From positions 384,001 to 448,000 of the forward strand of contig OZ223267.1 in NCBI GenBank assembly GCA_965140585.1: a stretch of DNA of 64,000 bases. Reading direction: 5' to 3'. The stretch comes from Spirochaetia bacterium. GTDB lineage: Bacteria; Spirochaetota; Spirochaetia; UBA9216. Under the pieces are notes generated by a model. The model was not told the DNA's origin, searched no databases, and worked only from the letters and a program-made list of their open reading frames with translations. A program made the position numbers and the translations under genes. Each line of letters opens with the position of its first letter. Position 1 is the stretch's first letter. Shown one piece after another: positions 31,774 to 42,827 of the stretch.

Positions 31774-32508
31774 TTGATTATTATTTCCGCTATTGCTTCA
31801 CTGATTACATGGCTTGAAATAGTTATCGGAGCAATATTGTTTATTCCGATTCAGACCGTCTTATTTCTGCTGACCGCCCCATTTGATAAAAAGCGGCGCA
31901 TACTTCATTATAACTCTTCAATTCTGTGCTTAATTCTGCTTGCCGTAATTCCTATCTGGCGTCTGAAGATTAACGGAAAAGAGTACCTGGACAGAAAGAA
32001 GGCTTTTGTAATTACTGCCAATCACCAGTCTCTTATAGATATTCTGCTTGTTTTCCGTCTTTTTTATCCGGTCAAAATGATTGCAAAAAAATCCCTGGCT
32101 ATTGTTCCTGTAATCGGCTGGAACCTGTTTTTTTCTGGACATCTTTTAATCGATCGAAATAATAGAAAAAGCCAGTTTGATGCAATCAGAAAAATTGAAG
32201 ATATTCTGGGCAACGGCGAATCCTTTCTTATTTTTCCGGAAGGAACCAGAACCCGTGATGGAAATATAGGTGAGTTCAAAAAAGGAGCATTCAGATCCGC
32301 GGTGAATACAGGAACGCCGATTCTTCCTGTGATTATCGACGGTGCATTTCAGTCACTGCCCCCGAATAAATTTATTGCCAACGGTTTCAAGACAATAACA
32401 ATAAATATTCTGCCGCCTATTGAAGTTACAAGTGATATGAAGATGTCGGATGTCTCCGAAAATTGCCGGAATAAAATGGTGCAAGAACTGGACCGTATGA
32501 GGGGCTGA
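31774..32508 (+). CDS. plsC: 1-acyl-sn-glycerol-3-phosphate acyltransferase
   Basis: NHQSLID, IDR and FPEGTRT motifs. Confidence 0.9.
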   Translation: MIIISAIASLITWLEIVIGAILFIPIQTVLFLLTAPFDKKRRILHYNSSILCLILLAVIPIWRLKINGKEYLDRKKAFVITANHQSLIDILLVFRLFYPVKMIAKKSLAIVPVIGWNLFFSGHLLIDRNNRKSQFDAIRKIEDILGNGESFLIFPEGTRTRDGNIGEFKKGAFRSAVNTGTPILPVIIDGAFQSLPPNKFIANGFKTITINILPPIEVTSDMKMSDVSENCRNKMVQELDRMRG

Positions 32509-32564
32509 TTTATTTAAAAGCGAGTTTGAACTTGGCATGTCTTTCTGTTATAGTTTTATTAGAT

Positions 32565-33839
32565 ATGATAAGTTCCATTCAAATAAGTGATTTTTCAATT
32601 TCTCTTTTAGTCACAGTAGGAATCAGATTTTTTGCATTTATTATGTTTATCGTAATGACATTACGGCAGCGTGAAAGTAAACATTTTATCATATCAGCTG
32701 CCTGGTTAATATATATAATAGGGCCTATCATAGTACTGACTTCTTCAGATATGGTATCAGGATTTTCCAAACCATCTTTTGTTTTCTCTGCTTTATGCGC
32801 AACAGGTTTTCTTGTATTCGGGCTGGTTCTTTATATATATAATCTGAAAGCGAAGTATGTCACAATAATTGCATTATCTATCACTGCCGCTGCTGCTGTT
32901 TTTTCGCTTCTGCTTTCAGCTGAACAAACAACAATTACATCTTTGATTCAGTTCTTTTTCATATTTTTGTGTTTTGCATTTGTATTATTCAATAGAAAGT
33001 CGTTCAAATATGAAAGATCAAGTCTGAGTTTAGTCTGGTTTATTATTACTATCGTTCTTGCTCTTATACAGTCACTAGGCTTTAATCTTTTCCTTGATGA
33101 TGTTGCTATTTCGGTAAAATTAATCCTTACTGCTCTGATAAATCTTTCATTTATGGAGTTTCTGATCTTCCTTGACTGGGAGCAGATTCAGAAAGAGTAC
33201 AATAACTCTCTAAAGCAGAAGGAAATTCTTATTCAGGAAGTACACCATCGTGTAAAAAACAACCTCTCAATTATCAATTCAATATTAAGGCTGCAGGAAT
33301 CACATATAGATGATGAGGACAAGATTGAACTGCTGCAGAGTCTTGAAACAAGACTGAGCACAATGGCCATGGTGCACGATCAGCTGTACAGATCAAGTTC
33401 CAAAAAGGTTGTAGATTTTTCACTGTACATGATCGAGCTTACAGATTATCTTGCCACCTGCCTGAGTCTTCCTGACAGTTCTGTTTCGATTGAGCGGGAT
33501 ATTCAGCCGCTCAATCTTGATATCAATAAAATGATACCCTGCGGAATGCTTGTAAATGAAATTGTTACTAATTCGTTCAAACATGCTTTTTCCGGAATAG
33601 AATCACCTGTGCTTTCAATACAGACAAAAATGGATGATAAAGGATATTGTATAATCAGGATTGCAGACAACGGACGAGGCATGGATGATTCCGGGCAGCA
33701 GACATCTAAGAGTACAACAGGACGGGTTATTATTTCCGCCCTGGTTGAACAGCTTGAAGCGCAGGTGAAAATTAACAACATCGGAGGAACTGAGTACATT
33801 ATCAGTATCAGGAGCAATGAAAAACAAAAGACAGGCTGA
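32565..33839 (+). CDS. 7TM sensor histidine kinase (HisKA_2)
   Basis: Multi-TM N-terminus; EVHHRVKNNL, NEIVTNSFKHAF and DNGRG motifs. ATG at 32565 preferred over TTG at 32526. Confidence 0.85.
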   Translation: MISSIQISDFSISLLVTVGIRFFAFIMFIVMTLRQRESKHFIISAAWLIYIIGPIIVLTSSDMVSGFSKPSFVFSALCATGFLVFGLVLYIYNLKAKYVTIIALSITAAAAVFSLLLSAEQTTITSLIQFFFIFLCFAFVLFNRKSFKYERSSLSLVWFIITIVLALIQSLGFNLFLDDVAISVKLILTALINLSFMEFLIFLDWEQIQKEYNNSLKQKEILIQEVHHRVKNNLSIINSILRLQESHIDDEDKIELLQSLETRLSTMAMVHDQLYRSSSKKVVDFSLYMIELTDYLATCLSLPDSSVSIERDIQPLNLDINKMIPCGMLVNEIVTNSFKHAFSGIESPVLSIQTKMDDKGYCIIRIADNGRGMDDSGQQTSKSTTGRVIISALVEQLEAQVKINNIGGTEYIISIRSNEKQKTG

Positions 33840-34329
33840 TTTTTTAAATTATTCAATCGGACAGATCGGATATGTAGTTGAAGATCTATACAAAACAGTA
33901 AAGAATTACCATGAAAACTTCGGCGTAGGTAACTGGCAGATCTATACCTATGGACCGCCGCTTCTTAAGTTTATGAACTATATGGGAAAACCGGTAAGCT
34001 ATAAATCAAGGATAGCACTAAGTTACTTTGGAAATACAAGAATCGAAATCATTCAGAATCTCGAGGGCAGAACCGTCTATAGCGATTTTATCGAAAAACA
34101 CGGCTATGGTATTCAGCATCTAGGTATCTACGTTGAGGACATTACAGAGGAAATCCGAAAGGCGGAAGAGGCCGGCTTTTGCGTGCTGATGGAGGGCGGA
34201 GGTTTCGGTCCCGATGGTGACGGACATTTTGCTTATCTTGATACCGAAAAAGATCATGGAATCACCTTCGAACTGATTCAGCGTCCGCTAAGGAGATACG
34301 AGCCGGAGGATATCTACCCGGCAGAATAA
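33817..34329 (+). CDS. VOC/glyoxalase family protein (methylmalonyl-CoA epimerase-like)
   Basis: QIGYVVEDL, IEIIQ, GIQHLG and FELIQ motifs. Confidence 0.82.
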   Translation: MKNKRQADFLNYSIGQIGYVVEDLYKTVKNYHENFGVGNWQIYTYGPPLLKFMNYMGKPVSYKSRIALSYFGNTRIEIIQNLEGRTVYSDFIEKHGYGIQHLGIYVEDITEEIRKAEEAGFCVLMEGGGFGPDGDGHFAYLDTEKDHGITFELIQRPLRRYEPEDIYPAE

Positions 34330-34334
34330 TTCTT

Positions 34335-35234
34335 TTAATAGCCGTTTTGTATCAGCATTTGAACCACACGTAAGTAGAAATATAGGTAGTCGAAGTCAGA
34401 GTTAGGCAGAATATCAAGTCCGACAAGATCCGGGTGGTTGAGACTGCCTGGATAATCCATGTATTCATTTACTGTCCCCAGGTAGTCGCCCCATCTTGCA
34501 GAAGATACTGATATCATTCCGTCATTGGGGCCTTCTTTGAAGAAGATATACTCCCGAAGAAGGCTGAAAATAAAATGAAAATCATCATACCTCATTACTG
34601 CTGAATAAGAGAAATATGAAATTTCATCCAGATTCGGATATTTGGTATTGAAAATTTCCATCTCTTCAGTTCCCAGCTGTGTTATGGTTTTTATAAAATC
34701 CTGATCTCTGTCTCCGGCATATCCGGCAAGGGTATTCATTATGTATTCAAGTGAATAGCTGGTTGTAAGCGGATTGGAGGAAAAAAAATCGGCAACCGGA
34801 GTGCCTCTATGAGGAGTTGATACTGTTGTAATACTTGCAATTTTTCCGCGGGCCTGTGGAAGATAGGCCGCCAGTCTTGCATCAAGACCGCCCTTGGAAA
34901 ATGCAATTATATTCACCTTTTCCGATTCTGTTTTCAGACATATTTTTTCGATCTGTTTTGCAAGCCTTTCAGCGTTGGATTCAATACTTCCCAGCGCATC
35001 AATATCTGCAATATAGGCCGACATTCCTTTTTTGTTGAGGAAATTTGCGATAGGGAGGGCTGAGTTAGGATAGATGATATCGGAACGTTCAATGAAGCCG
35101 TGAACGATAATCATGGGATATTTCGTTTTTTCATATTCATGGAAGTCCACTGCTACGGCGGTACGAGGCAGCAGCAGTAAGCAAGCTGTAAAAATAATAT
35201 AATTTCTAAGTCTCATTAGCATAAGTCCTTTCAA
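34335..35234 (-). CDS. Exported lipase/esterase (alpha/beta hydrolase, lipase family I-like)
   Basis: YPMIIVHGF, nucleophile elbow AFSKGGLDAR, TPHRGT, NDGMIS and NHPDLVG motifs. Confidence 0.85.
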   Translation of the reverse strand: MKGLMLMRLRNYIIFTACLLLLPRTAVAVDFHEYEKTKYPMIIVHGFIERSDIIYPNSALPIANFLNKKGMSAYIADIDALGSIESNAERLAKQIEKICLKTESEKVNIIAFSKGGLDARLAAYLPQARGKIASITTVSTPHRGTPVADFFSSNPLTTSYSLEYIMNTLAGYAGDRDQDFIKTITQLGTEEMEIFNTKYPNLDEISYFSYSAVMRYDDFHFIFSLLREYIFFKEGPNDGMISVSSARWGDYLGTVNEYMDYPGSLNHPDLVGLDILPNSDFDYLYFYLRVVQMLIQNGY

Positions 35235-35236
35235 AA

Positions 35237-36139
35237 TTAAAAGCCGTTTTCGGCGAGGTATTCAATGAGTTTTTCAAAAAATATTTCATGATCAAAGTCA
35301 TTGTTATGCGGTATGTTCAGCCCGACTACATCTGTATGACAGATATCAGTATCACAGTCTGAAAAGCAGTTTATAGTTCCAAGGTATTCTCCCCATGCTG
35401 CAGATTCCTCGGAAACGATTCCGTCATTGGGTCCCTCGACAGTAGCTACCAGGTCCCGGGAAGAGCCAAAAAAAACATGAAAGTAATCGCTTGAAACCGT
35501 TGAGGCAAAAGAATAATACTTTACTCCGGGAAAATCACTGCATATCATATTGAAAATTCTCATCTTGTCACGACCCATCTGATAAAGGCAGTCCGGATAG
35601 GCTTCTTTGCGGTCTCCAGCCAGTTTTCCGAAGGTGTTGATTAGAAATACTGATAATTTATTTGAGGTCAACCACCAGGTAGAAAAAAAGTCTATTGCAG
35701 TTGAACCCCGGTGCGGGGTTGCAAGAGTCGTAAGTGAAGCCGTATATGCCCCGGCACCCATAATTGAAACGGCGTATCTGGCATCTAAACCGCCCTTGGA
35801 ATAAGCTATTATATTAATCTTTTCCTTCCCTGGATTTTCCTTGAGAATTTCATCTATAGTCTGAGTTATGTAGTAAGCGTTATCCTCAATTTTTGCGAAG
35901 GCATCGGTATCAGCATAGTAAACGTTATACCCCTTCCTCCTTAGATGTTTTGTAAGATCCACAAGTGAATTGGGATAGGGGATAGTAGTACGTTCATTGA
36001 AGCCGTGAACAAGAAGGATTGGGTAGCGGGGCTGCCTGATTTCGGGTTCAGCAAGTTTTGCGGTAGTATTGCATGAAACGAGAAGAAGTGCTGTAAAAAG
36101 TATCAGTATTGATTTTACACGCCGCATTTTTAAACTCAA
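35237..36139 (-). CDS. Lipoprotein lipase/esterase (paralog of the neighbour)
   Basis: Lipobox LVSC; YPILLVHGF, AYSKGGLDAR, TPHRGS, NDGIVS and CHTDVVG motifs. Confidence 0.85.
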   Translation of the reverse strand: MSLKMRRVKSILILFTALLLVSCNTTAKLAEPEIRQPRYPILLVHGFNERTTIPYPNSLVDLTKHLRRKGYNVYYADTDAFAKIEDNAYYITQTIDEILKENPGKEKINIIAYSKGGLDARYAVSIMGAGAYTASLTTLATPHRGSTAIDFFSTWWLTSNKLSVFLINTFGKLAGDRKEAYPDCLYQMGRDKMRIFNMICSDFPGVKYYSFASTVSSDYFHVFFGSSRDLVATVEGPNDGIVSEESAAWGEYLGTINCFSDCDTDICHTDVVGLNIPHNNDFDHEIFFEKLIEYLAENGF

Positions 36140-36197
36140 AGTATTTATAGCAGGAAATCGGATTTATAACTATAGGCTGGAAGCATTTGAATTTTTG

Positions 36198-37817
36198 CTA
36201 TACACGCGCAAGTTTTCCGATCAGTTTTCTTGTCGTGAAGTTCACAATAAAAACGATTATTACAAGAATTGTCGCTGTAGCGAATGCGTTTTCCATTGAT
36301 ATATTTTCACGGATCAGCAGGTACAGATGAACAGATAGTACCCTGATAGGAGAATTAAGACTTTTTATCAGACTCATATTACTGCCCATTGTAAACAGAA
36401 TAGCTGCTGTTTCACCTATGGCCCGGCCGATACCGAGAATAAGGCCTGTAAGTATTCCCGGCAGTGCAGTAGGAATAGCAACCCTTAGCACCGTTTCAAG
36501 TCTGGTTGCTCCGAGGGCAATACTTCCGTCTTTCAGGTCTTTTGGAACACTTTTTAGGGCTTCCTCGCTTGTCCTGATAATTGTTGGTAGAATCATAAGG
36601 GTTAATGTCAGAGAACCTGAAATCAAACCTGTTTTAAGTCCCAGAAACTGTGAGAAAAAGACTAGTCCGAATAAGCCGAATATGATTGACGGAATTCCTG
36701 CCAGGGTTTCTGTTCCTACTCTGAAGGCGTTCAGCAGCGGACCCTGTTTTGCATACTCAACCAGGTATATTGCAGCACCGACGCCGATTATGCCGGCAAG
36801 AACTGTTACCGCAATCACCATTACTATGGTGTTTATAATGATGCTGCTAATTCCGCCCACTGCGCCTGCCCGGCTGGGCGGTGTGACAAAGAAAGATGGT
36901 TTGAGGTTTATTTTATTTTTGAAAAACTTTGTCTCAAGCAGTTCAAGTTTCATGTAATCAGCATCTGAGGCTGTCACCAAGCTTACTGCACCTTCAGTAG
37001 TATTTAAAATATTCTGAAGTTCGGAGATATTTTCTGCGCGTATCATTTCCGCCTGAAAAACAGAAGATCCCATCAATTCAGAAAGATAATCTGCAGAGGG
37101 ATAGCTTCTGTCAGAAAGTATCACCGGAATAACCGGAACATCAGGACCTCCGAGCTCTGACCAGCGTAAATCTTTATCTGCAAAAAGTCGTGTAAGCATT
37201 TTATCTGTAGGCTCAATTCTTTTAAAGCGGCGCCCGTCAATCAGTTCTGTCAGACCGGGATTGACTGCAATTGAATAAGGCCTTATACGGATAATTTTTA
37301 AGTTCTCCGGCAGATTTTCGGAATATTCGGAGGGAATTATTGCTATTCCGCCTGCTGCCAAACCGGTATCCCTGAGTAATTCTTCAAGGCTGGTTTTCTT
37401 TAGGGTGTTTTTATCTGTGTCATAGTTTTCAAGATTAAGATAACCGGCAGTCTGGATAATAAAGCTATTTTCATCAAGGATAAATGAACTGATACGCAGG
37501 TTCTGTCCGGTTATGTATCCCCAATAGCTGTTTTCTCCACTGTAAATTTCTTTAAGCTGTGAATATGTCAATTCATCTATATTCAGTTTTTCTCCAGCAA
37601 TTACTGTAAACAGCTGGGACCCGGTCATAAGGACAGATTCTTCAGATTTTATCAGCGCTGTTGAAAGATCCGCTTTCCTGTAAACAAGGCCGTTGAAAAT
37701 GATGTATCCTACAATGCAGACAAGAACTGCGAAAGTAACAAATGCTGCAGAATATATCGCAGTCTTTGCGGCTGTCTGCTGAGCCCTGACCTTTCCTGTG
37801 TTTGAGTGTCCTATCAT
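36198..37817 (-). CDS. pstA: Phosphate ABC permease PstA with a large periplasmic PBP-like insertion
   Basis: LAGIPSIIFGLFG, EEALKSVP..SIALGAT and GRAIGETAA motifs. About 270-aa insert with two PstS-like segments (LKEIYSGENSYW; LTRLF..KDLRWSELGGPD). Confidence 0.88.
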   Translation of the reverse strand: MIGHSNTGKVRAQQTAAKTAIYSAAFVTFAVLVCIVGYIIFNGLVYRKADLSTALIKSEESVLMTGSQLFTVIAGEKLNIDELTYSQLKEIYSGENSYWGYITGQNLRISSFILDENSFIIQTAGYLNLENYDTDKNTLKKTSLEELLRDTGLAAGGIAIIPSEYSENLPENLKIIRIRPYSIAVNPGLTELIDGRRFKRIEPTDKMLTRLFADKDLRWSELGGPDVPVIPVILSDRSYPSADYLSELMGSSVFQAEMIRAENISELQNILNTTEGAVSLVTASDADYMKLELLETKFFKNKINLKPSFFVTPPSRAGAVGGISSIIINTIVMVIAVTVLAGIIGVGAAIYLVEYAKQGPLLNAFRVGTETLAGIPSIIFGLFGLVFFSQFLGLKTGLISGSLTLTLMILPTIIRTSEEALKSVPKDLKDGSIALGATRLETVLRVAIPTALPGILTGLILGIGRAIGETAAILFTMGSNMSLIKSLNSPIRVLSVHLYLLIRENISMENAFATATILVIIVFIVNFTTRKLIGKLARV

Positions 37818-37818
37818 A

Positions 37819-38724
37819 TCAGCTGTTCCTTATCGTTCTCTGGTGAGATATAACCTGAGTAATTATATTCAGGGCGAGGATGAAAAAGAAAAGAACTATA
37901 GCAGTGGTAAAAAGAGCTACCCGGTGGTCATCTCCGGCATAGCCCATATCGTTGACTATTGCCATGGTCATTGTTCTTACCCGTGATTTAAGACCCTCCA
38001 TCGGCATAGTCGGCTGATTTCCGGCAACCATGAGCACTGCCATTGTTTCCCCTATTGCGCGTCCCATTCCTAGTATTATTGCTGTAACTATTCCGCTTCT
38101 GGCCGATGGAAGCACTATCTTCCATATAGTCTGCCAATGGGTAGCTCCGGTTGCAAAAGACCCGTCTTTAAATTTCTGCGGGACGGCCTGTATTGAAACA
38201 GTTGAAATATTTACTATGGTCGGCAGTGTCATTATTCCAAGAATTATCATTGCAGAGAAGGCGTTGTAGTTGATAATCGGATCAGTTGAATGTGCCAGGA
38301 ACCTGCCGATCATCATTACCCCGAAAAAGCCGTATACAACGCTGGGTATGCCGGCAAGCATTTCAGTTACGCTTATCAGAAATCCTTTCATCCGGGCTCC
38401 TGACAGTTCTGCGATGAATATTGCTACTGCTATCCCTACAGGTACCGAAATGACCAGAGCCCCGGCTGTAACCATCAGGGATGAGACAATAAAGGGAAGT
38501 ATTCCGAAAAGCGGAGGCTTGTCGGTGGGATACCAGTCTTTCCCGAACAGAAAATCGGACACTGAGGGCGGGGTATTTCCGGCTTCTGATGTGAAAAAAA
38601 GAGGAAGTCCTTCACTTATAATAAAAGCCGTAATGAATATTACACTTATAACGGCTGTCGCCGCGAAGATAATCAGAATAACTTTTACTCCTGATTCAAA
38701 AGTTACTCTCTGCTTACTGTTCAA
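37819..38724 (-). CDS. pstC: Phosphate ABC permease PstC
   Basis: FLFGKDWYP...FGILPFI, LAGIPSVVYG and GRAIGETMAV motifs. Confidence 0.93.
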   Translation of the reverse strand: MNSKQRVTFESGVKVILIIFAATAVISVIFITAFIISEGLPLFFTSEAGNTPPSVSDFLFGKDWYPTDKPPLFGILPFIVSSLMVTAGALVISVPVGIAVAIFIAELSGARMKGFLISVTEMLAGIPSVVYGFFGVMMIGRFLAHSTDPIINYNAFSAMIILGIMTLPTIVNISTVSIQAVPQKFKDGSFATGATHWQTIWKIVLPSARSGIVTAIILGMGRAIGETMAVLMVAGNQPTMPMEGLKSRVRTMTMAIVNDMGYAGDDHRVALFTTAIVLFFFILALNIITQVISHQRTIRNS

Positions 38725-38745
38725 TAGTTAATCTCCTGATGGCTT

Positions 38746-39585
38746 TTAGTTAAGCGGAATGTATTTAACGTCTGAAATTATCTGCTGGCCGCGTGAACTT
38801 AAAATGAATTCGATAAAAACAGATGCATCACCTTCGGGATCACCATAGCTTACAAAACTAAGCGGTCTTACTATGGGGTATTTTCCTGTTATTACATTCT
38901 CAGGAGAGTTTTTTATACCGTTAACAGTAATGGCTTTTCCGCCAGAGGCTTCAAGCCTGTCTATGATTGCAAGTGAACCATAGCCGATGGAATAGGGGGT
39001 TTGTGCTACCATCGTGGCCATGTTGCCGTTACTTTCAGTAACAAGGGCGTTTCGTGTGAATCTGCCGTCATCACCGTATACACGTTCAAGTACCAGTTCT
39101 TCAAATGCTCCGAGTGTTCCGGAAGCTTCATCACGGTTTACAACTATTATATTCTGATCTGGTCCGTTAAAGTAATTCCAGTTTGTAATCTCACCGACAA
39201 AAATACCTGCAAGGTCTTCGATTGAAATATCATCGATAGGTACAGTTTCGTTTACTATAATTGTAAGACCGTCCAGCGCAATATTAGTAAGAACAGCGCC
39301 CTGTTCAATTTCACTCAAAAGCAATGCACGGGACGCCGCTCCAAGATCGTAAGTCCCGTTGAGAATCCCGCGGATACCGGCAGTTGACCCCGTGGCATCG
39401 TATGATAGCTCCGCATCAGGATCGATCTCATTGATGTATATTTCAATAGCACTTGTGATAATTGGTTCTACTGTGGTTGATCCTCCCATCGAAAGCCTGA
39501 TGGATGAACCTCCTTCACCCTGTCCTCCGGCAAAGGCTGTTGAAGAGGATAAAATTAATAGGCATACTGCCAATATTTTTTTCAT
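38746..39585 (-). CDS. pstS: Phosphate-binding protein PstS
   Basis: GGSTTVEP, GSTAGI, ASR, RDEASGT, SIGYGS and YPIVRPL motifs. Start at MKKILAV after an AGGAG RBS. Confidence 0.9.
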   Translation of the reverse strand: MKKILAVCLLILSSSTAFAGGQGEGGSSIRLSMGGSTTVEPIITSAIEIYINEIDPDAELSYDATGSTAGIRGILNGTYDLGAASRALLLSEIEQGAVLTNIALDGLTIIVNETVPIDDISIEDLAGIFVGEITNWNYFNGPDQNIIVVNRDEASGTLGAFEELVLERVYGDDGRFTRNALVTESNGNMATMVAQTPYSIGYGSLAIIDRLEASGGKAITVNGIKNSPENVITGKYPIVRPLSFVSYGDPEGDASVFIEFILSSRGQQIISDVKYIPLN

Positions 39586-39607
39586 CTTGTTTCTCCTTAA
39601 AAAGTTA

Positions 39608-42600
39608 TTAAAAATCAAGTTTGCCGCTTACTGTAAAGCTGCGTCCTTTTTTTTCTTCGTTTACTATCAGATCTCCGACTGTTTCAGTAGCAGGAAGATC
39701 GAGGATATTTTTAAATTTAAATCCCATTGAAAAAAACTCATTGAATGAATGTTTGGCTACAAGGTCCAGCTGATGAAAGGGCTGCTCGTAGTAGTCCGGA
39801 CTGCCGTCTTTTCCGATGCGAGAGATCCGCGGGCCGAATACATTGTAGTTGAGATATATACTCGTATGACTGTCGTAATCCATTGACCATGATACGGCAT
39901 TTTTATAACCAAACGAGACATTCAGTATCCAGGGAGACTGGCCCTGAAGCGCTCTCTGTGCATTTGTATTTGTACCCTGTTCGCCTTCATAGTCAATCAT
40001 TGAATAGATGTAGGAAAAATTTCCTGAGGTATTCATATCTCTGAAAAGAGAAGCCGTTCCCGCAAGGGCTTTCCTTATTTCCTTCGGAGGCCTTGCCCTG
40101 CTGATGTATGAACGAATACCGTCTGAGATATATCGAAGGCTGAGCTGCCATTCAAGTTCTCCGCCGATATTATAGGCGCTCGGAACATTTGCCAGAGTCG
40201 TTGAATCGGCTGCACCGGCTATGGATACAATTTCAATTGCATCAGTAAAGTGCTTGTAGAATCCGCCGATTGACAGGCTTTCCTGTTCTGCAATGTAGTA
40301 TTCAAGCCTTGTATCCGCGTTCCATATTTTTGCTTCCTGCAGGTCCGGATTTCCCTTGAAAACGCCTGAACCGGCAACATCATATTTTGGAGCGTCTGAA
40401 AGTTCCCGCAGATCCGGTCTGTTTACGGTTTTACTTCCGCTGGTACGGAATTGAAAACGTTCTCCAAGAGGTAAAGTCAGATTTAAAGCGGGAAGTATAT
40501 CAAGAACCTGGAGCTCTGCTGCAGATTCCGTGTCCCCGAAAAGATAGTAAGTTTCAACATCCTGTTTTGAATATTCAGCCCTGAGTCCGGCATTTGTCCG
40601 CAGATAATTAAAAAGAAGCAGGTCAGTGTTGAAGTATCCGGCTGCTATTAAATGTGAACCTCTGTAGTTATCGGTTTTCTCTGTGTATTCTGCGAAGTTG
40701 AATTCTTCATTAATATATTCTTCAATGAACAATTCATCAGGACTAAGAGAAAGATCTATCGCCGTATCATCCGAAGGCCCGAAAGCGAAGCGCCGTACAT
40801 CGGCCTCTCTGGTTTGATACATAAACTGAGTACCGACATCAAAGTAATCTGCTGAATCATTTCCAAGGAAAAAAAAACGGTATTTCCAGTTCAAGTTTTG
40901 CATCATGTATCATGTCATTAACTGTTGCATAGCACTGTGACGCCGCGTTGCTTCGGGGGTAAACTGAATATTCGGAAGATTCATCATCTGCATTTTTAGC
41001 ATAAATAATTTCACTGGTCCCCGGCTCATATCGGTTGGCCATTGAGAAGGTATACTGCCAGTTAAGATCAGGTTCTGTCAAAAAATCAAATCCTGCCATG
41101 CCCGCAATCCGCTGGCTTATGAGTGTCGATTCGATCCAGGAAATGTTGAATACGTTCAAATCAAGACTGTCGCTGCTGAAGTAACCGGAATAATTTTCAA
41201 TTTCATTGTCGGTGGTTCTGACAAGAAGTGTCGTTGATTCAAAGTTCAGATTATCATTAACCTTGTAGCCCATATCGTAAAGTGCGCCGATATCAATATT
41301 CCGGCTGGTTGAGACGGCATCATAATCATAATAAATTGCTTCCTGACTTACATCTGAATAATTTTTTATTGAGTATGCTGAGGTGTCCCAGTCGTTTTTA
41401 TAGGACAGAGATAGATTCCATCCCAGCGAGGCGTCATCCTCAAATTCCACCTTGTCTCTGAATGATACAGATGCAGAAATATCCGGCCAGATAATTCCGG
41501 TCGTACCGTCCCAGTCCTGGGGAAGAGACTCGGCAATAGTCTCAATTTCCTCCTCTGTGTAATCCGCAGAAAATATTGAAGACGACTCGGTTACCTGCTC
41601 ATCGTGAATAAGTTCTGACAGTTCCCTATCTCCGTCATCAAAGCCCAGCCAGTCAAATACTCCTGCCGTGTCAACCATCTGTTCTGTAAAGGTGCTGTCG
41701 GCATCGTATCCTATTGAAAAATTATATGTTGTCCTGAGTCTTCGTTTATATCGATCTTCCGGAATTCCGGAAGTCCTTAGGCTTACCGTTCCGCCTGCAA
41801 AATCTCCGAAAAGATCAGGGGAAAAAGATTTCTGTATCGACATACTCTCGATTACACTTGTCGGAAAGAGATCAAGAGGGACAACCCGTTTATCTATTTC
41901 AGGGCTCGGAAGTCTTGCTCCGTTCAGATATGAAGAAGAATATCTTTCTCCCATTCCACGTATATATACATATTTCCCGTCTACTACTGTAAGGCCGGTA
42001 ACCCTGCTTAATGCTCCGGCAGCATCGGAATCGCCGGAATGTGAGATTTGCTCAGCTCCAATCAGGTTCATAACGACGCTTGAATTTTTAGTTTCATCAA
42101 GTAGGTCTGCAATGCCGCCCTTTACCCTGATATCATCGGATGCAAAAACGGTAACTGCTTCAATGGTAATAGCGGAGGGTGTAAGGCTGACTTCAATATC
42201 CTGCTTTTCATCTGCGGTTATTTTAATTCCATCTATTGTTCTTGATGAAAAATCAGGGTGAATTATTGATATTGAATATTCACCTTCCGGAACCTCCGCA
42301 ATGAACCGCCCTGTATCTCCTGTATTACTTTCAAAGGCGATTCCCTTGAATATTACAGTTGCTTTTTTAATTATTTCTCCCTTTTCTATATCCCGGACAA
42401 TTCCGGACAGTATTCCGGTTTTCCCGGTAAAGCCGCCTGTCTTTTTTTCAGAGCTGTCGGATTCTCCGTTACCGGAACTGTTCTCAGTCTCATTAAAAAC
42501 TACTGTTTCATTGTCTGAAACAGTAATCAGTGCCTCCATAACAAGACCGGCTCTTACCGGAATTGTAATTACTGCAGCCTTCCGTCCTTTATAAAAAAGC

Positions 42601-42827
42601 TCATACTCTCTTGTCCCCTCAAGATCCCGGAATGTGAGATAACCGTTTTCATCTGTAGTAAATGTCTCTTCATTTACGGTTACTTCAACTCCGGGCTGAG
42701 GCATGCCGGATGCGGAGAAAACGTAGATGTCAACATCACCCTTTTTTTCGAGGGCAGTCACCGCAGAGGCTGGAATGAGAAATAATAGAATAAATGTTAA
42801 TTTAAAGCGCCTGATAAATTTATTCAT
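39608..42827 (-). pseudogene. TonB-dependent receptor with N-terminal carboxypeptidase-regulatory-like domains, split by a one-base frameshift in a T9 tract
   Basis: Plug motifs (DSDAAGALSRVTGL..VYIRGMGERYS..LNG..LPSPE..VPLDLFP) upstream; barrel motifs (NRPDLRELS, GNPDL, NILD, terminal F) downstream. T9 at 40869-40877; T8 restores EIPFFFLGND. Confidence 0.85.
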
